A stretch of 62,965 nucleotides of DNA, counting the filler, from Octopus bimaculoides (Eukaryota), in the NCBI RefSeq assembly GCF_001194135.2. It is 5 parts of 5 records of this genome, joined end to end, with 100 filler letters (N's around TTAATTAATTAA, not from the genome) between each part and the next. Parts side by side here need not be neighbours in the genome. Positions count along the whole stretch, not along the records: positions 43,526 to 59,102 come from NC_068985.1; positions 59,203 to 62,965 come from NC_068982.1; 3 more parts are not named here. One strand, 5' to 3'. Made by a program: the position numbers and the translations under genes. The first letter of the stretch is position 1; every line of letters starts with the position of its first letter. The notes below the pieces were generated by a model. It searched no databases, had not been told where the DNA came from, and was given only the letters and a program-made list of their open reading frames with translations. Positions 51,297 to 62,965 of the stretch are shown here, piece after piece.

Positions 51297-51782
51297 CAGT
51301 TGTTCTTAACTGGGGTCCATATAGCCCTTGTTGGGTTCACATGAAATTTTGTTGTTAAAGTTTACGTGCAATATATTGGTTATACTTCTACTATACACAA
51401 AAATACTTAAAAATTTTTTTTTTTTATATACAATTCCTAATATTTAATTATGAAAATTATAAGATTCTATTTAACCCCTTTTGTGACCATATTTCTGTTG
51501 AGATACTCCGTGTTCCTTTCAATTAATTTTAAATATAACAAAGAATTTAGTAAAATGATTTAGTTATCATTAAGCTAGTGTTAGGGACATAAATTGTGAC
51601 TAAGATTTGGTGGAAGATTTTAATTCAGAACTATTGAAAACAAGACATTTGTGCTGCAGAACCAGAGGTGGTTTCAGGTGAGTTGGTATCAAAAGGGTTA
51701 AACATTGAATGTCTATGGCAGTCTAGTAGAATAAAATAGGAATCAAAGAGATCTACAAGCAAAACATTGTTGAGAACCACTG
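51297..51782. mobile_element. hAT MITE family H2 with a nested TTAA MITE
   Basis: cagttgttcttaac...gttgagaaccactg; TSD acacagac/acatagac. Confidence 0.8.
51471..51701. mobile_element. TTAA-flanked MITE family T2 (piggyBac-like)
   Basis: TTAA-ccccttttgtgacc...ggtatcaaaaggg-TTAA; absent from the sister H2 copy. Confidence 0.8.
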
Positions 51783-52507
51783 ACATAGACGAATACAGGT
51801 GTATCAAATACCTTACAACAAAAATTTGTGATTTATTAAAATTATCTTCACCTTAGACGTAGACGATCTATCACAATTATCAAATGACAACTGAGACTAG
51901 CGCCACTTCAAAAGGGGAGATGATCTCAGGATTCAAGCATTTTCCAAAGGTGACATGCCACGAAGGAAAAGGACCAACATAATGTCTAGAAAGAGAATAG
52001 TTGTGGAAACAGGTTTCTAGCTCAATAGCTATCCTCTAGTAGACTCATTTACGGTCTAGATAATATGCATTTTAAACAAAAAGAGATTATTTCCTCTTTT
52101 CAAGCAGAGCTGGTTTTAATTATTGCTTGGTAATTACAATACATCCATCCTCTAGAGATGAAGATAATTCTAACAAATCAAGAATTTATGTTATATGTTA
52201 TTTGATATACCTGTATTTGTCTAAAGTAATTGTATCTTAATTTACACCCTACTAATAATACAATAATGTCAAGACAATTAAGTCTGTGATATTTATTTAC
52301 ATTACCAAGCAGCAACAGATGAGAAGGATTTTCTGAAGTTTTTAAAATTTTGAATTTAAAAAATATTTTCCCATGGCCATACGTCTTCTAACATAGCCTC
52401 CTCCCTTCAGCTGGCCAATGCCTTGTGAGAGAATACATACACCAGATAAAATGCCTTTTTATTACAATCTCACTGAGTCTTATTTTATTTCTGATATTTT
52501 TAGAAAT

Positions 52508-52775
52508 GGTAAAATAAGTACCAGCTATATCCTGGGGATCAATATAATCGCCTATATTCCCTACCTGAAAATTCAGGTAAAAATATGTACCAGCCATCAT
52601 ATACTGGGGATCAATATAATCAATATATTCTATACCTGAAAATGCAGGTAAAATATGTACCAGCCATATCCTGGGGATCGTTATAATCAAATGTATTCCC
52701 CTACCTGATGTACCAGCCATATCCTGGGGAACAATATAATCAACTATATCTCCTACTTGGAAATGCATGGCTTTG
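52508..52775 (+). repeat. Four ~60-bp tandem units derived from SINE D 3' sequence
   Basis: gtaccagccatatcctggggatcaatataatc..cctacctgaaa repeated; compare SINE D gtaccagtcaagtactggggtcgatgtaatcgact. Confidence 0.8.
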
Positions 52776-52896
52776 CCCCATTAAAAAAAGATCTTTGATA
52801 AAAAGCAAAACAAAAAAAAAAAATACAATGGCATATTGTGTTCTAATGGTAGCAAGTTCTCAGCTAGTTGAGCCTCTGGATTTCATTAGCTAGTAT

Positions 52897-53124
52897 TTAA
52901 CAATTTTGTTACCATATTTCTGTTGAAATACATTGCATTGGTTTCAATTAATTTTGAAAATAATGAAGAATTTAGTAAAAGAATTTGCCATTATGGAACT
53001 GGTGTTTGGAACACAAATTAATATAGAATTTTGACAAAGTTTTAATGTAGACTACTTAAAAACAGGAAGCATGTATCGGAGAACCAGGGGCCAGTCTCAG
53101 ACAGGTTGATATCAAAAGCATTAA
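52897..53124. mobile_element. TTAA MITE family T2 (diverged)
   Basis: TTAAcaattttgttaccatatttctgttg...gatatcaaaagcaTTAA. Confidence 0.7.
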
Positions 53125-53588
53125 ACTCCTGTAGGAACCCTTGACTTCAATTCAACTTTGCATTAGATTGGTGAATTTATACATAGGAAGCAATTGGCTT
53201 ATGTTATCCTTCTCTCCCTCTCTCTCTCTCCCATTTCTTGTCTCATACAGTGTTTTCACTGTGAGGCTGCAGGGAGGGTGAGATTAGTTGCACTGATGAT
53301 ACAGTGGTGGTGTTGGTAGTGATACAGGTGGTGGATGGTGGTGGTGGTGGTATAGGTAGATGCTGGTGGTCATGTACAGGGAATAAGAAACCATTATATT
53401 AAATTCCCTTCAGAATAAATGTTCTTGCATTCCATGTGTTACCACCACCTTTACCCCTCTCCCCCACCGACCCCCACTCTTTCGCTTGTAATTTGTCCTC
53501 TTTCAAAATCAATTCCTACCAACCAAAGTATCTCTATCATTTGTCACTCATGTCCACAGCTTGCTTGGACTTCTCTCTCTCTCTCTCT

Positions 53589-53634
<46 letters not shown>

Positions 53635-55503
53635 ACACACATACTAAGGTTTTATGTGTATGTTCAATGCAGAATCTTGTATCTTTCAGTGTGGTTAGTG
53701 ACTCTTGTGCTGGCTTAGTGTGTGCAGTAACCCAGTCATTTGTCAATTGTAGCCCACTACATGCTTACCTGCCTCTACTTCTCATTCTCCCAGTCTCTTT
53801 CTCTCTCTTCCTCTCCCTTTTTCTCTGGCTGCCTGATGGACGGCAGTGACCAGTACAAGAGTAGCAGTGCTGTGTGGGTTGGTTGCTCCTCTATTTTTCT
53901 ATCTGTCCCTAAACGAACCCAGTCAATTGATCATTTGTCATTCTTACCCCTCAGCCCATCCCTGCAACTTACCTTTTCACCAAATCCATCCATAGAATCT
54001 CGGGTTCTTTTCTTTTCCTTTTCTGTGTGTGTGTGTGTTTTTTTTTGTCTGTCTGTCACTGAACTTGTATCATATCTTATAATATTGCCTATTAGTCCAG
54101 TTCTCTGCCCCTATACAAGCCAACCAATGTCCCTGCCCGTCATCCCCTACACAACCAGTGCCCCTTGTTCTTTAAGGGCGGTTAAGCAATTATAGGTTGG
54201 TTGGCTACTATTACTGTCTACTGGCTGAAGAAGAAGAAGAGCTCACTCCCTTAAGATCATTTGTAATATCCTGTCCACTGACCCCACCACCCCCGCTTCC
54301 ATCCAGGCTACATTCTTTCACTGACTCCCCTACGTACATCATCATCATCATCATCATCGTCGTCCCCCACCATTGTCTTTGGCCAGTGTTTATCTATTTC
54401 GCACCACCACCACCACCACTGCTGTCCTCCCACTGTCACCACCACCATTCTGACACTGTTACTATCCTTCCTGTGTTATCCTCTTCTGAAAGATGTGTAG
54501 ATGTAATGTAAAGTGTTAGACTTGTTATGTTCTCCTTGGAGAGATGTTCCAGTAATGATATTGGTGTCCTTATACTTAAAGATGGATTATCCCCTCACCA
54601 CGCTGTCGCAGAATCCTCTTTTTTCCTCTCCGATACTCCTCCTATACAAAACCATTATGTCTCCAGATAAGAATTTGTTTTTTAAACACCTCTCCCACCC
54701 AACTTTTTATTCTTCCTCACCCCCATTGTCATTTGCTTTATAATTTATTTGGTAACTTTTTTTTTGTTCTACATACAATAAAGTGGCTTGAGGTGATATA
54801 AGTAAAGAAATGGTGTGTGTGCGTGCACTTTGATGTATGGATGGTGTGTGTGTGTGTGTGTGTGTGTGTTGGGTTTGGAATTTGGAGTGATCCCTTCGGA
54901 ATCAGGGATAATGGGGAAAGAATTAATGAAAAAAAAACTTCATCTGCTTTCTATATGCATTCACATAGTTCTAGATAACATGAACACATGGGAGTAGGTG
55001 TCACCATAATCATCAGCATCATCAGTTAACATTCGTTTTCCATGCTGGCATGAGTTGGACACTTTGACAGGGGCTGGCTAGACAGAAGACCATACCAGGC
55101 TTAACCGTGTGTGTGTGTGTGTAAATACATACATACATATATATTATACACACACATATATTTATATTGACCCAGGGCTTTGTAGAAGACACTTGCCCAA
55201 TGTACTATCCATTGGAGTTGAATTCCAAGCCATGTGTATATATATGAGTGTGTGTATATGTGTATATATATATATATGTTTGTGTGTGAATGTGTATATA
55301 TATATTTGTATGTATAAATATATATGTATATGTTTATACATTATCTGTATATGTGCATATATCATCATCATTTAACATCTGTTCTCCACATACATATGTT
55401 TGTTACATGTTACCTGTTTATGAAATATACATATACCTTAAATTCTAAACATAAATTTAGTATCCTGGACTTTAATGATAATTTGTGTTAATGTATGTAT
55501 ATT

Positions 55504-55552
<49 letters not shown>

Positions 55553-55820
55553 NNNNNNNNNNNNNNNNNNNNNNNNNNNNNNNNNNNNNNNNNNNNNNNN
55601 NNNNNNNNNNNNNNNNNNNNNNNNNNNNNNNNNNNNNNNNNNNNNNNNNNNNNNNNNNNNNNNNNNNNNNNNNNNNNNNNNNNNNNNNNNNNNNNNNNNN
55701 NNNNNNNNNNNNNNNNNNNNNNNNNNNNNNNNNNNNNNNNNNNNNNNNNNNNNNNNNNNNNNNNNNNNNNNNNNNNNNNNNNNNNNNNNNNNNNNNNNNN
55801 NNNNNNNNNNNNNNNNNNNN

Positions 55821-55883
<63 letters not shown>

Positions 55884-56146
55884 CATATATATATATATAT
55901 ATATACACATACATACATATGAGTAAGATCTACAACTATGCTTAGCTATGAAAATAACTGCTCAAATTCATTTTATTCAAATAATAATAGACAATTATAA
56001 GGCCCAAGCTGAGAGGCAAAGAGCAACAGGTCCATGAAATCAGTTACTATGTGACTATGTTCTTTAACTCTTTTACAGTGGGAAGCAGATATAGCTAATC
56101 AAAATTCCATCACTCTTAACTGTGGAGAGCAATTTTATAAACCAAT

Positions 56147-56310
56147 CTAACCTTTGTTGATGCTATCATGCTTGAAACTATTTTCTGTTGAAATATGTCA
56201 AGTTTACTGAGACAATGTGACTAGCATAAAATACCAATTCTATTTTTGGTAGATATTTAACATCATAGCTGGAATAACTATAAAATTTAATTTCACAGTT
56301 AAAGGGTTAA
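56147..56310. mobile_element. TTAA-type MITE
   Basis: ctaacctttgttga...ttaaagggTTAA. Confidence 0.45.
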
Positions 56311-56869
56311 TTAGCTTATAAAATGTCTTCTTAAATTTGGGTTTATAAATTGCTTTTGCTATTTTAACTGAACCCAGTCTTGCATCTAGGATTTCAGACT
56401 TTAGCCTCCCATCACTGTGGCAAGGGAATGAAGGGAGAATTATGACTGGTCTGTCTGTGAGTGGCTGCTTGTTTCATTGTCTTTTGTATATATTTGTGAG
56501 AGTTTATTGTTTGTGTTGAAAGTTGCAAAATTCTTACACTCTTTAAATTTCCTGTAATTCACATTACCTCATGGTCCCAGGAGACAAAATGGAAAAGGCA
56601 CTGCCCTGGAGGATGGTGAAGAAGATGTGATGGAACAGTTACTTTGACTCATGGGGCTTGTACTTGCAGATAGCCATCTCTGCTCCAATAATGGTAAGCA
56701 GGGATATGCACCAGGGGCTGAGAATGCTGGAGGTCTCCACTGGCACAAGCTCAACCATAGCCCTACTCAATCAAGAGTTAATTTTTTAAGGTTTTGAAAA
56801 CTACTTTGTGACTTCACTAGAGATGGGGTCATGGAAGAAAAAATGCAAAACACTGTGTATATTCTGTAA

Positions 56870-57018
56870 AGTGGTTGGCATAAGGAAGGGCGTCTGACCG
56901 TGGAATCCATGCCAGACCAAATACTAGAGTATGATTCAAGATGCAGTCCTTGGACCAGTGGCATCCTGTCTAACTAACCCATGCCAGCATACAAAATGGG
57001 CATTAAAGGATGATGATG
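56870..57018 (+). mobile_element. SINE/LINE 3'-tail repeat family F ending in (GAT)n
   Basis: aacccatgccagcat..aaatgggcattaaaggatgatgatg; reverse copies near 55008, 57085 and 58958. Confidence 0.6.
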
Positions 57019-57249
57019 ATCCACAGGGGCCGCACATAGGTGTCCAGCCACAGACAGGACTGATTTTTAACATTATCATCATTGTCATTTAATGTTCAGT
57101 TTTCCATGTCTGCATGGGTCAGATGGAGGTGTCAGATAAAATTTGTCAAGGCAGATTTTCTATGGGCCAAATGCCCTTACTTGTTGTTTTCAAGCAAGGC
57201 AATATTTCCTCATGGAAATATATCTATGTAGCACATGTATAAATATAGG

Positions 57250-57414
57250 TACAGGCAGAGTTGTGTGGTAAAGAAGCTTGCTTCCCAACAATGTGGTCTT
57301 GGGTTCAGTCCTATTGTTTGGAACCAAGGGCAACTATAGCCCCAGGCTGACCAAAGCGTGAGAGTGAATTTGGTAGATGGAAACTAAAAGAAGTGTATGT
57401 GTGTACACACACAG

Positions 57415-57447
<33 letters not shown>

Positions 57448-57635
57448 TATGTCCCTGTAACTTAGTGGTTCAGCAAAGGAAAATGATAGAACATATACCT
57501 TATTTTAAAAAAATAAGCCCTAGGGGGAGTCATTTGACTAAAGAAAACAAACAAGCATAAAAAAAAAAAAAACCCTTCCAAAGTGGTGCCCCAGCATGAT
57601 TGCAGTCCAATGACTGAAACAAGTAAAAGATAAAA
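57250..57635 (+). mobile_element. SINE family A (diverged, full length)
   Basis: gtgtggtaaagaagcttgcttcccaac..ggttcagtcc..gactgaaacaagtaaaag. Confidence 0.8.
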
Positions 57636-58175
57636 GATATAAATTAAATGATCTGGCATATTCTCATCACAGTAACAAAAATTATGTAACATAAAACCAC
57701 TCATCCCAAAACCAGCAATCATGAGACACGAGGTGGGGGCAACTACAAGATTAATCGGTCAGCTAGAAACAGCAGTTAATTTCAAACTTACTAATAGGTC
57801 AAATAACTTACTCCTTAAGATATTTTATATTTCTGGTGGGAGCGGTAGATGTAGGTTGATATTAATTCTTGGTGTGATTTTGAATATAGAACTGTCAAAT
57901 ACTGAGAGAATATACAAAATATCTATTTAGGATGTCAGCTAATTCTGTACTACACTCAATGTATCCAAATTATTAGTCTCCGTGTATTTTAAGCCATTTA
58001 GAAAATGGTGTGGTTGAGAAGCTCACTTAGTAATTATATGGTCTCTGGTTCAGTCCTAGTGTGTGATACCTTGAGCAAGTGTCTTCTACTATGTAACCCT
58101 AAGCCAATTAGTGTTGTTGGTGAATTTGGTAGATAAAACAGTGTGGAAGCTCATTGTGCATGTGTGTGTGTGTGC

Positions 58176-58244
<69 letters not shown>

Positions 58245-58432
58245 GAAAGTAATAACTTTAAATTTAAGTACCTTTTGAAGAATCACCTGATAGGGTGCAT
58301 CTGAACTAAATGATGCACTACAACCAGTTGTATAGAACCTCACCTATGAAGGACTGAAGCGCAATGGGTTGAAATGATTGTAGTGATTAATAAAGAATCT
58401 CCTGGATTCCATTTTCTCTTTCTCTCATATGT

Positions 58433-58473
<41 letters not shown>

Positions 58474-58483
58474 NNNNNNNNNN

Positions 58484-58530
<47 letters not shown>

Positions 58531-58724
58531 AGACAGTGTATGCAAATACTATAAGAGAGTACAACATGCCTGGAGGAACTCAATATATGAAGTAGGATAT
58601 CTTTTTATAGCAAACACATGGGAGGTGTGAGCTGATGTACAACACACACATATGATCACTATAAACAAATCATTTGTGCAGGTAATTTGGCTAAAAGCAT
58701 TGTTTTTTCAACAGGTGAGTCCAT

Positions 58725-58950
58725 CATATATCTTTTACTTGTTTCAGTCATTGGATTGCAGACATGTTGGAGCACTGCCTCAAAGAATTTTAGTCAAATG
58801 AAATTGACCCCAGTAATAATAATTTTTTGTAAAGCCTGGTTCTTAATCCATTGGTATCTTTTGCCAAACCACTAAGTTATGGGGACATAAACAGACGAAC
58901 ACCAGTTGTAAAGACATAGTTAGGGACAAACCGACACAAAAACACACATT
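58725..58950 (-). mobile_element. SINE family A tail
   Basis: cttttacttgtttcagtcattgg..actaagttatggggacataaac. Confidence 0.75.
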
Positions 58951-59609
58951 CATATATATCATCATCGTTTAACGTCCGCTTTCCATGCTAGCATGGGTTG
59001 GACGATTTGACTGAGGACTGGCAAGCCAGAAGGCTGCACCAGGCTAAAATCTGATCTATCTATATATCTATCTATCTATCTATCTATCTATATATATATA
59101 TANNNNNNNNNNNNNNNNNNNNNNNNNNNNNNNNNNNNNNNNNNNNTTAATTAATTAANNNNNNNNNNNNNNNNNNNNNNNNNNNNNNNNNNNNNNNNNN
59201 NNATATATATATATATTTATATTTATATACATATATATCAGTAAGTATGATAAACATAAAATGTAGTTTGTATCATTGGTTTGGTACGTACGTTTCACCC
59301 TTTTGGTTATTTGTATTCTTTGTAGCAAATGTTCTGAAGTGCAATTGGATGCTGAACCACAACAGGTCCTTCTTGGGAGCGGTTTACTGCATCATGCTTA
59401 CACAGCAAATGTTCTGAGCGTAGTTCTGAACACAACAGTAGCAATCGTGCATCCAACTATACACATAAGAAATACCACACGCGCGCGCACACAAACACTC
59501 ACATGTGCATATGTATATATGTATGTGGGTGTATGTATGTGTGTGTGTGTATATATATATGTGTGTGTGTTTGTGTATTTGTGTGTGTGTGTGTGTGTGT
59601 ATGTATATA

Positions 59610-59870
59610 TGGAGGCACTTGACTTAATGGTTAGGGTGTTGCACTAGAAATCGTAAGTTTGTGGTTTCAGTTCCTGAACCGGATGACGTGTTGTGTCCTT
59701 GAGCAAAACACTTTATTTCGCGTTGTTCCAGTCCACTAACTGTCCCAAAATAAGTAATCCTGTCGCGGATCGTCGTTCTGTCCAGGTGTGTGTGTGTGGA
59801 GGGACATACATATACGTCACAGAATCCGGGAAGCCGGCCTATGGCTCGGGAACGCTCTTTGATCCTTTTA
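59610..59870 (+). mobile_element. SINE family C
   Basis: ggaggcacttgacttaatggttagggtg..gtggtttcagttcctgaaccgg..ccttgagcaaaacac. Confidence 0.75.
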
Positions 59871-60100
59871 TTTTCTTTGTCAACACACATGTATTGGTTG
59901 CTCATGTAACCAACTCTATGTATATTTAAATACTTTCAGAAATAAACATACACTTCATTTAAATGGTTCCGAAGAAGCTGTAAAATATGGCAAGACCACA
60001 CTGCTCTAGGTTCAATATTTTTCTGACAACAGAAACAGCTGTAAGCTAATGAAACGATTACGTGTCTCTCGTTCTTTTGTCGTTCATAAATATGTTTGTG

Positions 60101-60131
<31 letters not shown>

Positions 60132-60132
60132 G

Positions 60133-60229
<97 letters not shown>

Positions 60230-60386
60230 TTTATGTATATGTTGTATAGACATTTGCTTACATTTGTCCGATGTATCTAATTACACGCGTTGTGTTGGCT
60301 CTAACCAATGCAGTGCTTACAATAGCTATATTTTATCTTGAAATTACAGGTTTAAAAATACGCTGTTTAGCGTATCATTAATTACT

Positions 60387-60437
<51 letters not shown>

Positions 60438-61256
60438 GTTTGTGTATATGTGTGTATCTCATCAGCATCATTGTATATAGTCTGTCGATACACGACGAGG
60501 ACTTGCCCGCATAAAATGTCACCGGTAATATTATCTTTCAGAACTACATTTTCCTTTTTGTCTGTATTCTGTCTTCGGCTGCTGTTGTTCATTTGCGGTC
60601 ATTGAGTTGGAATCTACACATATTATATTTAGCCGCTTCCTTCTATTTAAGTCGAAGTTTACTCGGACCTGCTTCCTACCAGAGAACTGTGTGAAGAATA
60701 TTTTTCTCGGCAACCGAGTTTTCTTTCATTTTTTAGATATCCCCGATTCAGTACATAATTGTTCGGTCCAATTCTGATTTTTGTTCTGGACAAACTTTTG
60801 TTGTCACTTCACGATTTATATTTAAATATCTACAACTACCAAATGGTTAAAATAGTTTATTTCCCACCTATTGGATTTGTTACATCCTAAAACATTCAGT
60901 CACTTATCAGAGGTTAAGTATCATATCAATAGACATCTTCTCTGCTTTTGTGTATTTTATACATATGACACTGAAGATGTGAAAATATTGCATGTTTGCA
61001 TGAGAATGGATAGATAAATAAATAACGTGTTCTGCGTATAACATCTGAATAGATGAATTTGTGGTTTGTTTCCAAACGGTTTTCCTGCGACCAATCAATC
61101 TCAATGAATAAACTATTTTGACGTGGTTACGAATATTTTCGCTTATATTTTGTCATCCTGCTTCCCAACTTCAGTTGTTAGAATAAACGCTGATATGAAA
61201 CTCAATATTACGATTTAGAAAGTGTTACTTTCTAATAAAACACCAACACTCTACAC

Positions 61257-61816
61257 CAGTGGTTCCCAAACTTTTTAGAGACTCGATCCACTATTTATGG
61301 CACCAGTTTATAGCGACTCACTTAACTCTACTGGGTAAAAACATTAATGAAAGAAACAAATTTATTTCAGATTACATTTTCATTGAGGCCTGTGAGAAGG
61401 ATGAGCCTGTTTCTTGCTACGCTCAATAATAGAATTAACATCAGGTTCAATGCGTGATAGTTTCAGCCGTAAAGAATTTGAGAGCTGCAGTTTATTTCGA
61501 AATTTGCTTTTAATCCCAACCATTGCTTAAAATCCAGCTTCACAATTATAAGATGACGCGAAAGGGAAAAGTACTTTTAATGCTTCGGTGGAAATGATTG
61601 GGTACGAGGTTTGAAGAGACGCCCAGAACTGTACCAATTTTCGGGTGTTAAAGGTCATTTTCAATACCAGTCTGGTATTGAAAACATGAGTCTTGAACTA
61701 TCTCGATAGACAGCAGTTAATCAAAGCTAATGCGTAATTTTATAACTTTTTGCGATCCACTAGGATTCCGTTCGCGACCCAGCAGTGGGTCGCGACTCAT
61801 AGTTTGGGAACCACTG
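61257..61816 (-). mobile_element. hAT (Buster-type) deletion derivative
   Basis: Perfect 16-bp TIR CAGTGGTTCCCAAACT; TSD ctctacac/ctctacat; gcgaccc/gggtcgc subterminal motifs. Confidence 0.92.
61380..61665 (-). pseudogene. Buster-type hAT transposase C-terminal dimerisation domain
   Basis: LKMTFNTRKLVQFWASLQTSYPIISTEALKVLFPFASSYNCEAGF*AMVGIKSKFRNKL..LRLKLSRIEPDV..KQAHPSH; one in-frame stop. Confidence 0.85.
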
Positions 61817-62473
61817 CTCTACATTACATATTGAGCATTATTCTTTCGTTTGTAAACACAAACTTTAATCTACTCCTCCATAAACACATATTGTTGTACG
61901 TACGTGTGTGTTTGTGTGTGTGTGTATGTGTGTGTATTTATGTATATGCATCATGCATGTATATCATGAGTTAGGTCTTTAGTAAGTGCTACTGGCTACA
62001 TGCAGCCCAGTTCAATCTGTTGCATGGTCGGGTCGTCGGCGACAACATCCTCACCACCACCACCACCATTAAGACAACCTGATGAAGACGGTTGCTAGAA
62101 ACTCTGTAGTTTTAAGACAATCTATATCAAGAGAAATGATGAACCGAACAACAAGATAAAAAAAAAAAAAATTTCCGGATGAGGCACCGTTGGCTTTTGC
62201 TAAAGCAGGTCCCAAGAAGGTTACTTTGATATAAACTGGTTAGGCAAGCACACACCTCCGCCACTGCTACTTTTATTGACTCTAAGTACTTTGACTTGAC
62301 TTTTCTCTGGATCGGGGCAATAAGTTGGAAGATGGTGTTAGTCTTATCGGTTCTAAAATTCTCCATGGGCTTTGTTCATTTAGCCTACTATCTTCTGCAA
62401 AACATGAGTGAGTGGACAGCTATAATCATCATCATCGTCGTTGTCGTCAACATCATCATCATCATCATCATCC

Positions 62474-62524
<51 letters not shown>

Positions 62525-62587
62525 GTAACAACAGCAGCAACGCCGTTATCATCACCACAATCAGTACCTATATATATGTGTGTTTAG

Positions 62588-62631
<44 letters not shown>

Positions 62632-62772
62632 CTATGTATAAATATGTAAATACAAAAGTATATATATATATATATATATATTTAATACAATATGTATATC
62701 TATATATATTGTATTATATATATATATAGATTGTATCAAATATATCTATCTATCTATATATATATTTGCGAA

Positions 62773-62965
62773 ACGTCAGGTTAGAATAGAGGCAGCTGAT
62801 GAAGGAATATTCCAAGTGGCTTTCCGTTTTCCTATGTGTTCGTTCCGTTGTCTGTAGTTCATTGTTCTAACGTCCTGTACCCTGATATGCATATATATAC
62901 ACATGTAGATGTAAGTATGTACATATATGTGTGTAATACATGTATATATATTCTTTTTTTATATA
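62773..62965 (+). repeat. ~195-bp repeat, near-identical in reverse to 50455-50648
   Basis: acgtcaggttagaatagaggcagctgatgaaggaatattccaagtggc..gtagatgtaagtatgtac. Confidence 0.9.

Noticed and set aside
51884-52024. Short ORF MTTETSATSKGEMISG..
   Set aside because: About 46 aa, no homology recognised, weak splice donors.
53250-53276. 27-nt micro-exon CFHCEAAGR
   Set aside because: Splice-like signals this short are expected by chance in CT-rich DNA.

Overview
AT-rich, gap-ridden, microsatellite-dense animal DNA. The SINE families and repeat style point to a cephalopod (Octopus-like) draft assembly; this is an inference, not a database result. I found no intact host gene, rRNA, tRNA or CRISPR array; most long ORFs in the track are N-gap or microsatellite artefacts. 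The window is a layered transposon graveyard. It holds tRNA-derived SINEs of several families and decayed LINEs (L1/Tx1, RTE, RTE-BovB-like, R4/Dong, CR1, Penelope-like). It also holds Tc1/mariner remnants (a DD37D maT and a mariner), hAT/Buster MITEs, TTAA-flanked piggyBac-like MITEs and a Ty3/Gypsy 5' end. Most notable: (1) a 1.4 kb TSD-bounded retroelement coding only a gag-like zinc-knuckle ORF1 with an L1/Tx1-type tail, inserted into a SINE tRNA head (HAL1-like); (2) a Gypsy LTR followed by five tandem tRNA-Trp primer-binding sites; (3) a ~555 bp foldback at the 5' break of an RTE; (4) several degenerate minimal hammerhead-like motifs; (5) an interstitial TTAGGG array; (6) one orphan candidate exon.
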